Under the pieces are notes generated by a model. It saw only the letters and a program-made list of their open reading frames with translations, did no database searches and was not told where the DNA came from. DNA of 64,000 nt from a virus. How positions within the stretch are numbered: position 1 is the stretch's first letter; the number at the start of each line of letters is the position of its first letter. Below are positions 28,326 to 37,782 of this stretch, in pieces. The stretch lies in IMG/VR virus record IMGVR_UViG_3300010885_015247, positions 1 through 64,000 of that record; one strand, given 5' to 3'. The position numbers and the translations under genes were made by a program.

Positions 28326-29848
28326 ACATAGTTATTTGTGGAGGCGGGACAGCTGGTTGGCTGTCCGCTTTTATAGTAGCTCGAACAAATCCAGGACAGC
28401 ACAACATAACAGTTATAGAGTCTTCCAAAATTGGGATTGTCGGTGCTGGCGAGGCTTCTAGTGGTTTAATTATTGATATTCTAAGCGGATACTTTTTTCA
28501 TAATAATAATAAACTTAATACAAATAGCGATATTGCAGAGATCGATATCTTAGATTTTATTGATAAAACAGATGGTATCCCGAAATATGCCTTAAAGCAT
28601 ATCAACTGGGCAAAAGATAAGGGATCGTATTTTGCTCCAGTTTCTGCTTCTGAAACAACAAGACACTCCCCTGATCAGCTTTTTAACTATGTCATATCAG
28701 AGTATGGTTTGGATAAAGCTTATCTTTGTAGTGCTATAGGACAAGCATACGATAACAATAAATTCCCGATACAAAAAGATTTTGGATTACATTTTGATGC
28801 CTTTAAAGTTGGAAAATATATTAAAGATTACTTAGTTAAATACTACAGTGTTAAATCTGTAGATTCAGTTATTAAAAACATTAGGATTAAATCTAATGGA
28901 AACATAGAAGGAGTTCTTCTTGAAGACGGCTCAGTTCTAGAAGGAGATTTTTTTATAGACTGTACTGGTATGCAAAGAATACTAGCTAATAAACTGGAAA
29001 TTAAATGGCATTCATATAAAGATTATCTTCCTGTAGATAGAGCTATGCCTTTTCTTGTCCCATACAAGGAAGATAAAATAGTACAACCAGTTACTGAAGC
29101 CGAAGCTTTATCTTCTGGTTGGATGTGGAGAACACCTCTTCTAAGTAGAAGAGGGTGCGGCTACGTTTACAGTAGTAGTTTTATTTCTGAAGACGAGGCT
29201 CAAGCCGAAGCAGAAAAAATTATGGGGCATCCTATAGAACCTATTAGACATCTTAAGTTTGACTCTGGTCGGTTAGAAGAGGTCTGGAAGAAAAATTGTC
29301 TTGTTACTGGTCTTGCAAGCTCTTTTATTGAACCATTAGAGGCCACATCTATCCATGCAACTATTGCTCAAGTATATTCATTCTGTCTAGAACATCTAAC
29401 AAATAAAATTGAAACTACTGTTACAGAAGCAAATATTAAAAATTACAATAAAAATATGATAAAAATGTATGAAAATTTATTAGACTTTACGGTCCTACAT
29501 TATCAAGGTGGGCGTGATGATTCCGAGTTTTGGAGATACATTAAAAATGAAAATTTAGTAACTCCGACTGTTCAAAACTATATTGAAAAAGCAAAAATTA
29601 AGATTCCAACCTATTTATATGACTCAGAGGAGCAGTGGGGAGCTAATAATCTTTGGAAGTGGAGTCTAGCTGGTCTAAATCTTATAGATCCAGAACTAGC
29701 AAGAGAAGAGCTTCTGCAATTTGACATGTACGAGTACTCTAGAAATCACTATAATTTTTTTAGAGATGGTATTAAAAAAGACTTGTTAAATCAAAATTTA
29801 CCTTTTGAGATTGATTTAAATAATCCTATTTCTTTTTATTTGTCTTAG
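28322..29848 (+). CDS. Flavin-dependent tryptophan-halogenase-family protein
   Basis: GGGTAG FAD motif, PKYALKHINW (catalytic Lys position), FFIDCTG, GWMWRTPL, FIEPLEATSI. Confidence 0.88.
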   Translation: MNIVICGGGTAGWLSAFIVARTNPGQHNITVIESSKIGIVGAGEASSGLIIDILSGYFFHNNNKLNTNSDIAEIDILDFIDKTDGIPKYALKHINWAKDKGSYFAPVSASETTRHSPDQLFNYVISEYGLDKAYLCSAIGQAYDNNKFPIQKDFGLHFDAFKVGKYIKDYLVKYYSVKSVDSVIKNIRIKSNGNIEGVLLEDGSVLEGDFFIDCTGMQRILANKLEIKWHSYKDYLPVDRAMPFLVPYKEDKIVQPVTEAEALSSGWMWRTPLLSRRGCGYVYSSSFISEDEAQAEAEKIMGHPIEPIRHLKFDSGRLEEVWKKNCLVTGLASSFIEPLEATSIHATIAQVYSFCLEHLTNKIETTVTEANIKNYNKNMIKMYENLLDFTVLHYQGGRDDSEFWRYIKNENLVTPTVQNYIEKAKIKIPTYLYDSEEQWGANNLWKWSLAGLNLIDPELAREELLQFDMYEYSRNHYNFFRDGIKKDLLNQNLPFEIDLNNPISFYLS

Positions 29849-30305
29849 TTTTCTGTAGTTTATCTTCTTTGTAAGATTCAACAGCATTTGCACTTGTACG
29901 ACTTCTCCATGAAAAATTACACTCGGTGCAGGTAACAATTTTTGCTGTTGTCCATCTACCACCGTTTGGTAGCTCTTCTATAGAAGTATCAAGCTTAGAA
30001 GGACGAGCAGTGCAATATGGACAATTAGGTACTCTTCTTCTTTTTGTTTCCTCACCGTTGTAGGATACGGAAAGAGTTCTACGAATGTCAACTTCATCTC
30101 TTCCACCCCAAATACCCCAAATTTGTCTATGTTCTAAGGCCCACTGCAGACACTGAGATCTGACAGGGCATTCAAAGCACATATTTTTAGCTGCATATTT
30201 TTTTGATGAATCGGTAGAAAAGAACCAATCAACAGACTCTTTGTTTTTAGGATCGGCGCATAAAGCGTCTTTTTGCCATTCTAGGTTGTCTGCTGGTTTC
30301 CACAT
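29826..30305 (-). CDS. whiB: WhiB-family transcription factor with C-terminal zinc-ribbon extension
   Basis: Four WhiB cysteines (ALC...CFECPVRSQC) and GIWGG, then CPYC...CTEC. Confidence 0.9.
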   Translation of the reverse strand: MWKPADNLEWQKDALCADPKNKESVDWFFSTDSSKKYAAKNMCFECPVRSQCLQWALEHRQIWGIWGGRDEVDIRRTLSVSYNGEETKRRRVPNCPYCTARPSKLDTSIEELPNGGRWTTAKIVTCTECNFSWRSRTSANAVESYKEDKLQKTKTNKKK

Positions 30306-30306
30306 A

Positions 30307-30354
30307 TAGACTATATTAGACTATATAGTATAAAACCGCTCTACTATAGACTAT
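30307..30354. promoter_or_regulatory. Three phased TAGACTAT repeats and a leaderless-type -10 (TAATAT) upstream of whiB
   Basis: TAGACTAT at 30307, 30317 and 30347; on the - strand TAATAT-N7-ATG with no SD. Confidence 0.5.
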
Positions 30355-30357
30355 CTA

Positions 30358-30693
30358 CTATATTTCTACCCATGTAGTTGCGAGTGCTACCCCTACAACA
30401 TCTCCGTACTCTGTCTCCCCTGAATCATCGCAAACAGTAAACTCTAGCTCATCCTTTATAAGTCCAGACCATCCGTGCATTGGAGTAGCTTTATCTATCA
30501 TATTAAATCCATCGCCTAGGGAAACTGCAACACCGTCTCTTTGCAAAGCCGAGGCAAGAGCTCTCCGCACTAGATCGTTTTCTAAATCAATATGATCAAA
30601 AGTGTAATAAACAACGGGGGATGTAAGTTGTTCGTTGTAGCCATTCCCACCCCACTCAGACCAGAGATGCTGACCATGTCTTTCGTCTTTAAT
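30358..30693 (-). CDS. Hypothetical protein, probably starting at a non-canonical ATT
   Basis: Frame open 41 codons upstream of the called GTG; TAAGGAG-TAACAT-ATT context with an in-frame stop just before. Confidence 0.65.
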   Translation of the reverse strand: MKDERHGQHLWSEWGGNGYNEQLTSPVVYYTFDHIDLENDLVRRALASALQRDGVAVSLGDGFNMIDKATPMHGWSGLIKDELEFTVCDDSGETEYGDVVGVALATTWVEI

Positions 30694-30703
30694 ATGTTAC
30701 TCC

Positions 30704-31003
30704 TTAGTTTGGATCTTCTTCCGTACTGTCTAGAGGAACCTCAAAAGTTTCTTCAAATAGTTCTTTCATAAAATATACTTCACTTGAAAGTTTTAGTTCA
30801 AATATACCTGCAATAGTAAGATTGCCACACATGACACAAACCTCAACAGACCCTCTATTTACTTTTTCAGGGACATCTACTCCTTTAAGGCGCATAAGAA
30901 TTTTCCCTTTTTCATCTACACTCTCAGGCTCCCACTTAGTGTGGTTTTCTAGCCAGCATGATTCACACACTGGCATAGGACTTATGACAGGCTCTGCGGC
31001 CAT
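30704..31003 (-). CDS. Hypothetical zinc-finger-like protein
   Basis: CESC...CVMC. Confidence 0.7.
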   Translation of the reverse strand: MAAEPVISPMPVCESCWLENHTKWEPESVDEKGKILMRLKGVDVPEKVNRGSVEVCVMCGNLTIAGIFELKLSSEVYFMKELFEETFEVPLDSTEEDPN

Positions 31004-31046
31004 TTTTTCCTACCTTCAAGTAGATCTGTATGGCTCAAGTCTACTC

Positions 31047-31367
31047 TTATTGCTCGGAAGCAATCTTTCCAACTTCATAGCCGCAGCCAGCATAACCTGC
31101 AATATCAATCCAAGTATCTGGCTGAAAACCAGACCCGTGAGCAAAGCGTGCCATTTTAAGGCCAACCATCATCATTGCAACCTGCTCGTTTGTTATATCC
31201 TGCCCAAGGATTACAGACCAGATCTTTGCAGTCCGTGAAAAATTTTCTTCTGGACCACCATAGCTGGTATTTCTATCCTGAGTGGTAATTTTAGCTGCTT
31301 CTCTAAGAGCTTCAACACGATAAGGCGTGTCTGAAACTTGTTTAACATACTCATTTTCGCTAGTCAT
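31047..31367 (-). CDS. DUF6378 family protein
   Basis: DRNTSYGGPEENF..A.IWS...VA.MM..LK.AR...DTWIDIAGYA. Confidence 0.8.
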   Translation of the reverse strand: MTSENEYVKQVSDTPYRVEALREAAKITTQDRNTSYGGPEENFSRTAKIWSVILGQDITNEQVAMMMVGLKMARFAHGSGFQPDTWIDIAGYAGCGYEVGKIASEQ

Positions 31368-31581
31368 GCGTATTTCTCAATCTGGCGGAAACTTCTCCAG
31401 TAAAAATTGGAAGACTAACTCCATCATCAGAGCTTTCATACACTGTTATCTCGTAGTTTAACTTGTCTTTAATCTCTTCTAATTCAATTTCAAAAAAATT
31501 AGAAAGTTTTTTCTCTGCCTCAGCTACAAGACCTTTGTATGTGGTTGCTTTTATTAAAGATTTTACATGAACAGTTTTCAT
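31360..31581 (-). CDS. Hypothetical protein
   Basis: TAATG-coupled ORF in the operon. Confidence 0.65.
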   Translation of the reverse strand: MKTVHVKSLIKATTYKGLVAEAEKKLSNFFEIELEEIKDKLNYEITVYESSDDGVSLPIFTGEVSARLRNTHD

Positions 31582-32021
31582 TACGGGACTCTCTTCTCTA
31601 ATTGTTGTGGAGTGTAGTGGAACCCCTCTAGTACAGGCTCCTTACCATCTGTTGTTTTTACAATAATGTCACCATATCTAATACTTACAATCTTGCCACG
31701 ACGTCCGTTATGGATCTTACCTTTTTCACCATCAAAGGCATTCCACTTAACACGAACCTCATCTGCAACTACAAGATCCCCCGCCTGTGCTGGGTTCCAG
31801 TTCTCGTTTTTGTTTTCTTTTACAATGGCATGACCAAGAGCAATTTTGCTAAAGAGCTCAACGACCTGATTTAGATTTGCTTGATCTTTACTTGGATCTG
31901 GGTCTGTGTTTTTAATTTCAATCCAAGTATTGAGGAGCTTGATAACGGAATCGCCAACTACCCTCTTAGTCTTGTTCTCTGTGAGTTGTTGTTTAACCCA
32001 GTTCATATCTACTTCTGGCAT
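31581..32021 (-). CDS. Hypothetical protein with C-terminal SH3-like domain
   Basis: Start corrected to ATG 32021 (MPEVDMNW; SD AAAGGA); HNGRRGKIVSIRYGDIIV. Confidence 0.7.
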   Translation of the reverse strand: MPEVDMNWVKQQLTENKTKRVVGDSVIKLLNTWIEIKNTDPDPSKDQANLNQVVELFSKIALGHAIVKENKNENWNPAQAGDLVVADEVRVKWNAFDGEKGKIHNGRRGKIVSIRYGDIIVKTTDGKEPVLEGFHYTPQQLEKRVP

Positions 32022-32047
32022 CTTAATGTCCTTTCTGACAGATGTGC

Positions 32048-33076
32048 CTAGATTACTAACAGTAAGCTCTGGTTGTCCAGTGCTTCTACTGTTTTTTGCA
32101 AAGATTCCTCCCGTGAGGGAGTTGCATCTCTGTAAAAATCTTTCTGACTTTGTGCCACGATAAGCCGCTGACTCGGGCTCATCTCTTCCACTGTTGAAGG
32201 TAAAAACGCCCATTCTGCTCCTACCCAAGATGTATGACGCCAATCAGTAACCACAGGGACACCAACCGCAACCGATTGAGATATCGCTATAGACCACCAA
32301 GGGTCGTTGTTTTTGTATGTACTAATCAAAGTTCCCATAGAGTTTTCTATGCGACTTAGAATCTCGTTGCTCTTATCGTACTTATGAAGTCGTATGGGCA
32401 TCACTTCTGAAGTTAAACTCTTGACAACCTTCTTAGTCCAGTCACTCTTTGGTGCATCAGCACACCAGTAGTTACCTTGTGAAGGCTCTATACGATCTAC
32501 AGAGCTATCAATAAGCTCTCTGTCATAGCAGATACCGATCACATCTTCAATTTGAATGTTTCTTATTGAGTTAGAAACAATCTCTCTAGAAAACCACGGC
32601 ATACTTGGGACAATAACTTTGCCCCACTTTTCCGTATAGAGGTGCTGAAGAAAACGATAGATTGGCTTAGCATATTTATGATCTTGAGCCTCTAAATAAT
32701 TATCTCTACGTCCATAAAAAGGCTTAAAAAGTTTTTCTGGATTATCATTGCAATCTCTAATTCCAGACCATATCCAATATGGATCTGGTGCATCAATAAG
32801 AAGTCTAAGTTTACCAAGTTCTTTTGCTTGGCTGGCTACCCAAAGTCCTCCGTATACATAATTAGCTGCCATACTATGAGGCGAAGCAAGGCCAACTACT
32901 ATCAAATCATATTGATCTAAATATTCTTTGCTCATACTGAGCTGTGGTTTTTCCCAAGTAACATTGCATTGGAGTTCATCTAAAGCATTTTTAAATAGTC
33001 CAGTAAAAGTAGACAAGCGATTATTTACATTCTCAGAGCACTGAGATGCTGTAAACCCTGTAACTAATACCTTCAT
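32048..33076 (-). CDS. Putative GT-B-fold glycosyltransferase-like protein
   Basis: Rossmann-like MKVLVTG start, YDLIVVG, C-terminal QSVAVGVPVVT (resembles the EAxAxGxPVV motif). Confidence 0.5.
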   Translation of the reverse strand: MKVLVTGFTASQCSENVNNRLSTFTGLFKNALDELQCNVTWEKPQLSMSKEYLDQYDLIVVGLASPHSMAANYVYGGLWVASQAKELGKLRLLIDAPDPYWIWSGIRDCNDNPEKLFKPFYGRRDNYLEAQDHKYAKPIYRFLQHLYTEKWGKVIVPSMPWFSREIVSNSIRNIQIEDVIGICYDRELIDSSVDRIEPSQGNYWCADAPKSDWTKKVVKSLTSEVMPIRLHKYDKSNEILSRIENSMGTLISTYKNNDPWWSIAISQSVAVGVPVVTDWRHTSWVGAEWAFLPSTVEEMSPSQRLIVAQSQKDFYRDATPSREESLQKTVEALDNQSLLLVI

Positions 33077-33097
33077 TTTATTTCCTTAGAATTAGTA

Positions 33098-33132
33098 GAG
33101 AGCCACCCAATGTTTTACGTTGGGCAGCCCCC
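33098..33132 (-). terminator. Hairpin after the SSB gene (terminator/stabiliser)
   Basis: GGGGGCTGCCCAA/TTGGGTGGCTCTC 13-bp stem with G-U pairs on the - strand; weak U tract. Confidence 0.5.
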
Positions 33133-33145
33133 TACAATTATTTTA

Positions 33146-33709
33146 TTAGAACGGAGCAGACGGTGCTGCTGGAGCAGGAGCTGGTGCTGCTGCTACTGGT
33201 GCGGGAGCAGGAGCTGGTGCTGCTGCAGGAGGTGGAGATGCTGGTGCTGGTGCTGCTGCCTGAGCAGGAGCTGCAGTATCACCTTGCATTGCTGCAATAG
33301 TTGCTGCACTTGGAAAATAGTTACGGATTTCGTTCTTCTTAGCACCGTTATATAAACGACTACCAATCTGTGCACGGAATCTGCGACCAGTTAGAGTCGC
33401 TTCAATCTGTGCGTTAGTTGGGTTTGTATCAAAGTAATTACGACCAATACCCATTGCGTGAAACTTTTTAAACAACATACCAAGTGCTGCAGGACTGTCT
33501 GGTGTTACAACCAAGTTATCCCATACAAGACGCTTGTTGTAGGGTCCACCTTCAACCTGTGCCTTTAGCTTGAACATTGTCTTACCAGATTGCGATGTTG
33601 TTGCAGTTGCTTCTACTACCACTAGATCAAAATCACCATCAGGTAGTGGTTCGTAACTGCCAGTTTCACCAGCATCCTTAATTAAGTCAGACCAATTTTT
33701 GGTACTCAC
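33146..33709 (-). CDS. Single-stranded DNA-binding protein (DUF669-like)
   Basis: YEPLPDGDF...SQSGKTMFKL...NEI; Ala/Pro tail ending APF; follows the AAA ATPase. Confidence 0.8.
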   Translation of the reverse strand: MSTKNWSDLIKDAGETGSYEPLPDGDFDLVVVEATATTSQSGKTMFKLKAQVEGGPYNKRLVWDNLVVTPDSPAALGMLFKKFHAMGIGRNYFDTNPTNAQIEATLTGRRFRAQIGSRLYNGAKKNEIRNYFPSAATIAAMQGDTAAPAQAAAPAPASPPPAAAPAPAPAPVAAAPAPAPAAPSAPF

Positions 33710-33712
33710 CTA

Positions 33713-34501
33713 TTATCCTTCTTTCTGTGTTGTTGTTTCAGCTGCTGCGGCCGCCGCTGCTGCTTGTCTCTGTCCGAAAACAATGTCTAACATTCTTTCG
33801 ATAGAGAGATTTTCTTGCTCAACCACTTTTCCAAGGCGTCCCTGTACTCGCTCACCAGCTTCATGTTGATTCGTCCTCTCAACATACATACGGCGAACCT
33901 TGTAAGGCGGTTGTGTTGGATCTGGATTGTGACGTTCCTCAACGGTAATCGCACCCAGAATGTCGTAGAAGTAAGGAGCTTGAATTGCAAGCTGACCTTG
34001 TAGGTATGGACGATAACGACCATCCTTATCAAGACGAGCCATTGCAGTTAGAACTACTGCTTCTAATGGATTTGTTGCATGCATTGTTAGGTCACGCAGA
34101 TCACGCAAGAGTCCACCCATATGGCGAAGAAGTTCTCCCCATTGTTGTTGTGTCATCTGATTAACACCTGCAATGTTCTCCAAGCACTTAACTTGAAGTT
34201 CAGATACAGAGTCGATAATGAGACTCTTGAATTGATGCTTACCTAGTTGTAGCCATTGGTATGTCTTAAGAACAGTGTCATAGTCACGAACTGTGACAAC
34301 ACATGTATCCCAAGTTCCATCAGCTACTGGTGGCTCCTCACGAAGAGGATCCCAATACTTAACGATGATAGGGAGGAAGCGGTGTCCGCCCTCAACATCG
34401 AGCATCAGGCGTGGATAAGGCGCTGTGACAGCAAAACTGGATTTACCAACCTTACTCTCTCCATACACCATAACTGTAAGAGAACGTTGAATATCGCTCA
34501 T
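33713..34501 (-). CDS. AAA_24 / Sak4-like ATPase (recombinase)
   Basis: Walker A YGESKVGKS, LDVEGG, Walker B IIDS; lies between exonuclease and SSB. Confidence 0.82.
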   Translation of the reverse strand: MSDIQRSLTVMVYGESKVGKSSFAVTAPYPRLMLDVEGGHRFLPIIVKYWDPLREEPPVADGTWDTCVVTVRDYDTVLKTYQWLQLGKHQFKSLIIDSVSELQVKCLENIAGVNQMTQQQWGELLRHMGGLLRDLRDLTMHATNPLEAVVLTAMARLDKDGRYRPYLQGQLAIQAPYFYDILGAITVEERHNPDPTQPPYKVRRMYVERTNQHEAGERVQGRLGKVVEQENLSIERMLDIVFGQRQAAAAAAAAETTTQKEG

Positions 34502-34504
34502 ACG

Positions 34505-35431
34505 TCACTCACTTCCTTTTTTGTCGGTTTCGTAATACGCATAAGGATCTGCTTCCTCATACGAATCGCTAAGTGCTTGTTCAGCGGCGCTTCCGTCATC
34601 GAACATTGGGCATATAGCGAAAAATTGACACTTCCATTTGCAGTCACGAGTTGGTGTCGGATATGCAACAAATGAATGATCAGAACCTGTGTCTAAAGCT
34701 CTACGAACATTCATAAGATCAGTGATTGTTCCGTGGATTCTATTCCAAAAAGAACGCATTGTAAATACATTGTGATGGACTTCTACTTGATCGTAGAAAG
34801 GCGGGCGAGCAGTTGCTGTGCGCTTTACCTTTTTAAGAAGAGTAAACAGTCCGCCGTCTGAGCGATGCTCTTCATCAGCCTTTGTAGCCTCAAGAAGCAT
34901 GTAGGTCATAACTTGCTCGTTCATATGAGCAAGGTTTCCAAAATCTGCTAGAGAGCCACCAACAGTTTTAAAGTCACGGAACATACGAACGCCATCAATC
35001 TTACGGCGAACACGCATATCAAGCTTGCCTTGTAATTCAACTTCCCCGTTAAACAATGGAGCAATAATTGTTTCTTCTGTAGAGATCATCTCCAGCTCTG
35101 CATCAATTCCTTCTTCTGATACCCACTGCTCATACCCTTCAAGCATTATGCGACCCATCTCTGCTTCTGCTTCAAGGTTAGATACATCTAAAAATTCTGC
35201 AAGAAGGATTTCTTTATCAGCAATAACAAGTTTTGAGTGCGCCTCAAGCAGTGGAGTTCCATTTGCATAGTGATCATCTAACGCTGCGTGAATACGGCTA
35301 CCAAAAGCTAAAGCTCCAGTCTTATCACGAAACTTTGGTTGTAGACGGCGATAGTAAGCAAGCCACCACTTACGACGACAATCTTTAAATGTCTGTAGCT
35401 CCGAGTTAGATAGTCTTATTACACCACTCAT
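34505..35431 (-). CDS. Cas4-like PD-(D/E)XK exonuclease
   Basis: LSNSELQTFKDCRRKW, GKLD...DFKT, Q..TY, C-terminal CKWKCQFFAIC. Confidence 0.85.
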   Translation of the reverse strand: MSGVIRLSNSELQTFKDCRRKWWLAYYRRLQPKFRDKTGALAFGSRIHAALDDHYANGTPLLEAHSKLVIADKEILLAEFLDVSNLEAEAEMGRIMLEGYEQWVSEEGIDAELEMISTEETIIAPLFNGEVELQGKLDMRVRRKIDGVRMFRDFKTVGGSLADFGNLAHMNEQVMTYMLLEATKADEEHRSDGGLFTLLKKVKRTATARPPFYDQVEVHHNVFTMRSFWNRIHGTITDLMNVRRALDTGSDHSFVAYPTPTRDCKWKCQFFAICPMFDDGSAAEQALSDSYEEADPYAYYETDKKGSE

Positions 35432-37230
35432 AGAACACCTGCCTTATCATCCCTGAGCAACTTCATCAGTTGATCTTTGTCTCGAACAATCTGTTCGAAG
35501 TTATCTGACTTTGTTTCTAGTACTTGTAAAACTCTTTCTTCAATTGTTCCCTCTGTTACATAATCCATAATCAAGATAGAGTCGTGAATTTCGCTACCGA
35601 TACGGTGCACACGATCTAAAGCCTGACGATGATCAACTAATGACCAAGGTCGTTGTAGCATAACAAGGCGACGAGCAGCAGTCAACGTGATACCCACGCC
35701 ACCTGCCTGAGCGGTAAAGAGAACCCATTTAATGTTTCCTGCTTGAAAATCATCTACCGATCTCTGACGCTCATCTTCATTTTGAGCACCAGTAATTAGT
35801 CCGTGTTTAATTCCAGCCTTAGTAAGTTCTGCGCTCAAAAGGTCAATTAACTGACGAGATACGGCACAGACTGCCACAGAGTCATCTCCAAAGTCACCAT
35901 TCTTAATATCATCCATAAGCGAGTCCACCTTACAAGATGGTCCAGCAAGAACTGTCTTCATCTCCCCTGTTGACTCATCGACTTCCATAGTTGCGTAAGA
36001 ACTAGCAAACTGAAGCAGTCGGGTTGTTTGAGTCAAAATACTTGGAGCAGTAACTGCATCTCCGTTTTCAAGCTCAGCAATCATCGTGTCACGCATCTGA
36101 TCGTAAGCCTTCTTCTGCTTAGTTGACATCTCAACATCACGACGCTCGTTCATTACAGGTGGTAACCAAGGAAGCACAACCTTTTTCAGCATACGACGCA
36201 TTACGGGGTTTACGCTCTTATGGAATTCATCTTCCATATGTGGCTTAACGCCAATAACCATCATTCCACCAAAAGCGTTGAGCATGATGTCAATCATTCG
36301 ATCAATCCACTTTGTTTTTGATGGCCAATCAATAGGAGATAGCCAATGAAGAATTGACCAGAGGTCAACAACATCTTTAGCAATTGGAGTACCAGTAAGT
36401 GCAAAACGAATAGGGGCATCTCCAGTTGCAGCCCAAAGAGCTCTAGTTTGCTTAGATTTTGGTTCTTTAGATCGGTGGATTTCATCAGCAACGACTGCCT
36501 TAAAGTCAATCATATTAAGTTCACGAGGATGAACCTCACAACGAGTCTCTGTAACGCTTGGATCTTGTCCACCCATTTCAACACACTTAACTAAAGCGAT
36601 AGAGCCGTAACCAGAAAGCCGTGAGTGTGAGCGAAGTGATTCCCAGTTAATAATAAATACTTCTGCTTCTTCGTTAGCAAACTGCTTTTTGCGTTGAACT
36701 GCAGAACCCTTGATAACTTGAGTCTTTACTCCCGGCCACCACTTCTCAAATTCTCTAGCCCAGTTCTTCTTCAATGTGTTAGGGCAGACAATAAGTGCAG
36801 GGAATACATCTTCTCCATTATCTTGAAGTCTCTTAAGAGCACGGATTGCTTGAGCAGTCTTACCAAGGCCGGGCTCATCGGCTAGAAGTGCACGCTTTGC
36901 GGTGCTAAGAAAGGCTACGCCAGCCCTTTGGTGCGGGAAAAGGTCTTCATCACCCTCATAGGTCTCGAGCTCCCTAAGAGCATTGGCAGGGGCAATTCTA
37001 TTATTGAGTTCGTTGGTCGCCCACTCGGTTAGAGCAGGTCCAACAAAGAGATCTTCCTTGAATGTTGAGCGTAGAGCGAGGCAAGTTGTCCAGCTAAGTG
37101 GAACAGTCCAGACCTGCTCCTTAGGGCTCCAGGAAGCCCCTGGAAGGCTCTTACAGAGCTCTTTGAAGCGCCAGTCAGCAGTTATGAGGATGTTGTTCTT
37201 CTCTGGATTTATGTCTACTGTTACTGCCAT
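35428..37230 (-). CDS. SNF2-family helicase
   Basis: LADEPGLGKT, DEIH, LTGTP, AGGVGITL, QALDRVHRIG; start corrected to ATG 37230. Confidence 0.92.
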   Translation of the reverse strand: MAVTVDINPEKNNILITADWRFKELCKSLPGASWSPKEQVWTVPLSWTTCLALRSTFKEDLFVGPALTEWATNELNNRIAPANALRELETYEGDEDLFPHQRAGVAFLSTAKRALLADEPGLGKTAQAIRALKRLQDNGEDVFPALIVCPNTLKKNWAREFEKWWPGVKTQVIKGSAVQRKKQFANEEAEVFIINWESLRSHSRLSGYGSIALVKCVEMGGQDPSVTETRCEVHPRELNMIDFKAVVADEIHRSKEPKSKQTRALWAATGDAPIRFALTGTPIAKDVVDLWSILHWLSPIDWPSKTKWIDRMIDIMLNAFGGMMVIGVKPHMEDEFHKSVNPVMRRMLKKVVLPWLPPVMNERRDVEMSTKQKKAYDQMRDTMIAELENGDAVTAPSILTQTTRLLQFASSYATMEVDESTGEMKTVLAGPSCKVDSLMDDIKNGDFGDDSVAVCAVSRQLIDLLSAELTKAGIKHGLITGAQNEDERQRSVDDFQAGNIKWVLFTAQAGGVGITLTAARRLVMLQRPWSLVDHRQALDRVHRIGSEIHDSILIMDYVTEGTIEERVLQVLETKSDNFEQIVRDKDQLMKLLRDDKAGVL

Positions 37231-37314
37231 TTGCCACCTGCTCCTTAGTGTCACTACATCAAGTAAAACATACTACTGAAGATATTGCAAGCTAAAAGTT
37301 TTCTAATAGTATCT

Positions 37315-37782
37315 CTAGTCTAGCAGAGTTCTAGGAACCCAGCCAGTTTTAACCAATCTTAGTAAGGCGTGTCGCATCGCATCATTTGCATGGCCTTCCC
37401 CGCCCACATGCCAAGTCCCGAGCTTCTTCAGGGTTGGGTTGGGAAACATGTTCTTGGCATCTGCTGGAGACTGAAAAACAATCTTTTCAGGGTCATACAT
37501 ATTGGTACGACAGAGATGTTTAAGCACTCCTATCTGCTCAAGGCTGTAAGGCGCCTGAGAGTTACGGACTGTTTGAGCATTGATGGTAAAACGCTCGCAT
37601 ACAACTGTGAAGTTACTTTCTTGCTTTTGAATATTTAATATTGTTTCAATAGTCATAGCAAATTCTTCTGGTTGCACTTCTTTTGAAATAATTACGTTTG
37701 GAACTGGGTCTTCCCCATTCCAAGACATTAAAACAATGCCAGTTGCCTTCCCGGGATCCACTGCTAAAACATATTTTGTCAT
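37315..37782 (-). CDS. RuvC-like Holliday junction resolvase
   Basis: LAVDPGKATG, VVCERF, HANDAMRH. Confidence 0.72.
   Translation of the reverse strand: MTKYVLAVDPGKATGIVLMSWNGEDPVPNVIISKEVQPEEFAMTIETILNIQKQESNFTVVCERFTINAQTVRNSQAPYSLEQIGVLKHLCRTNMYDPEKIVFQSPADAKNMFPNPTLKKLGTWHVGGEGHANDAMRHALLRLVKTGWVPRTLLD

Noticed and set aside
31581-32243. 220-aa version of this ORF (also the long starts at 62813, 37254, 20189, 20560, 20943, 21323, 21700)
   Set aside because: The extensions overlap upstream genes or lack an SD; downstream ATGs have SD or TAATG/ATGA coupling.
34505-35431. Cas4-like gene as part of a CRISPR-Cas system
   Set aside because: It sits in the standard exonuclease-Sak4-SSB recombination module; no array or other cas genes were seen.
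36520-36610. Cys/His insert in the helicase as an intein or mobile element
   Set aside because: Only ~35 aa with no splicing or endonuclease motifs; more likely a small, partly degenerate metal-binding loop.
37262-37300. Sigma-70 promoter upstream of the helicase (TTGCAA-N17-TTTACT)
   Set aside because: The -10 match is weak and cannot be told from AT-rich background.
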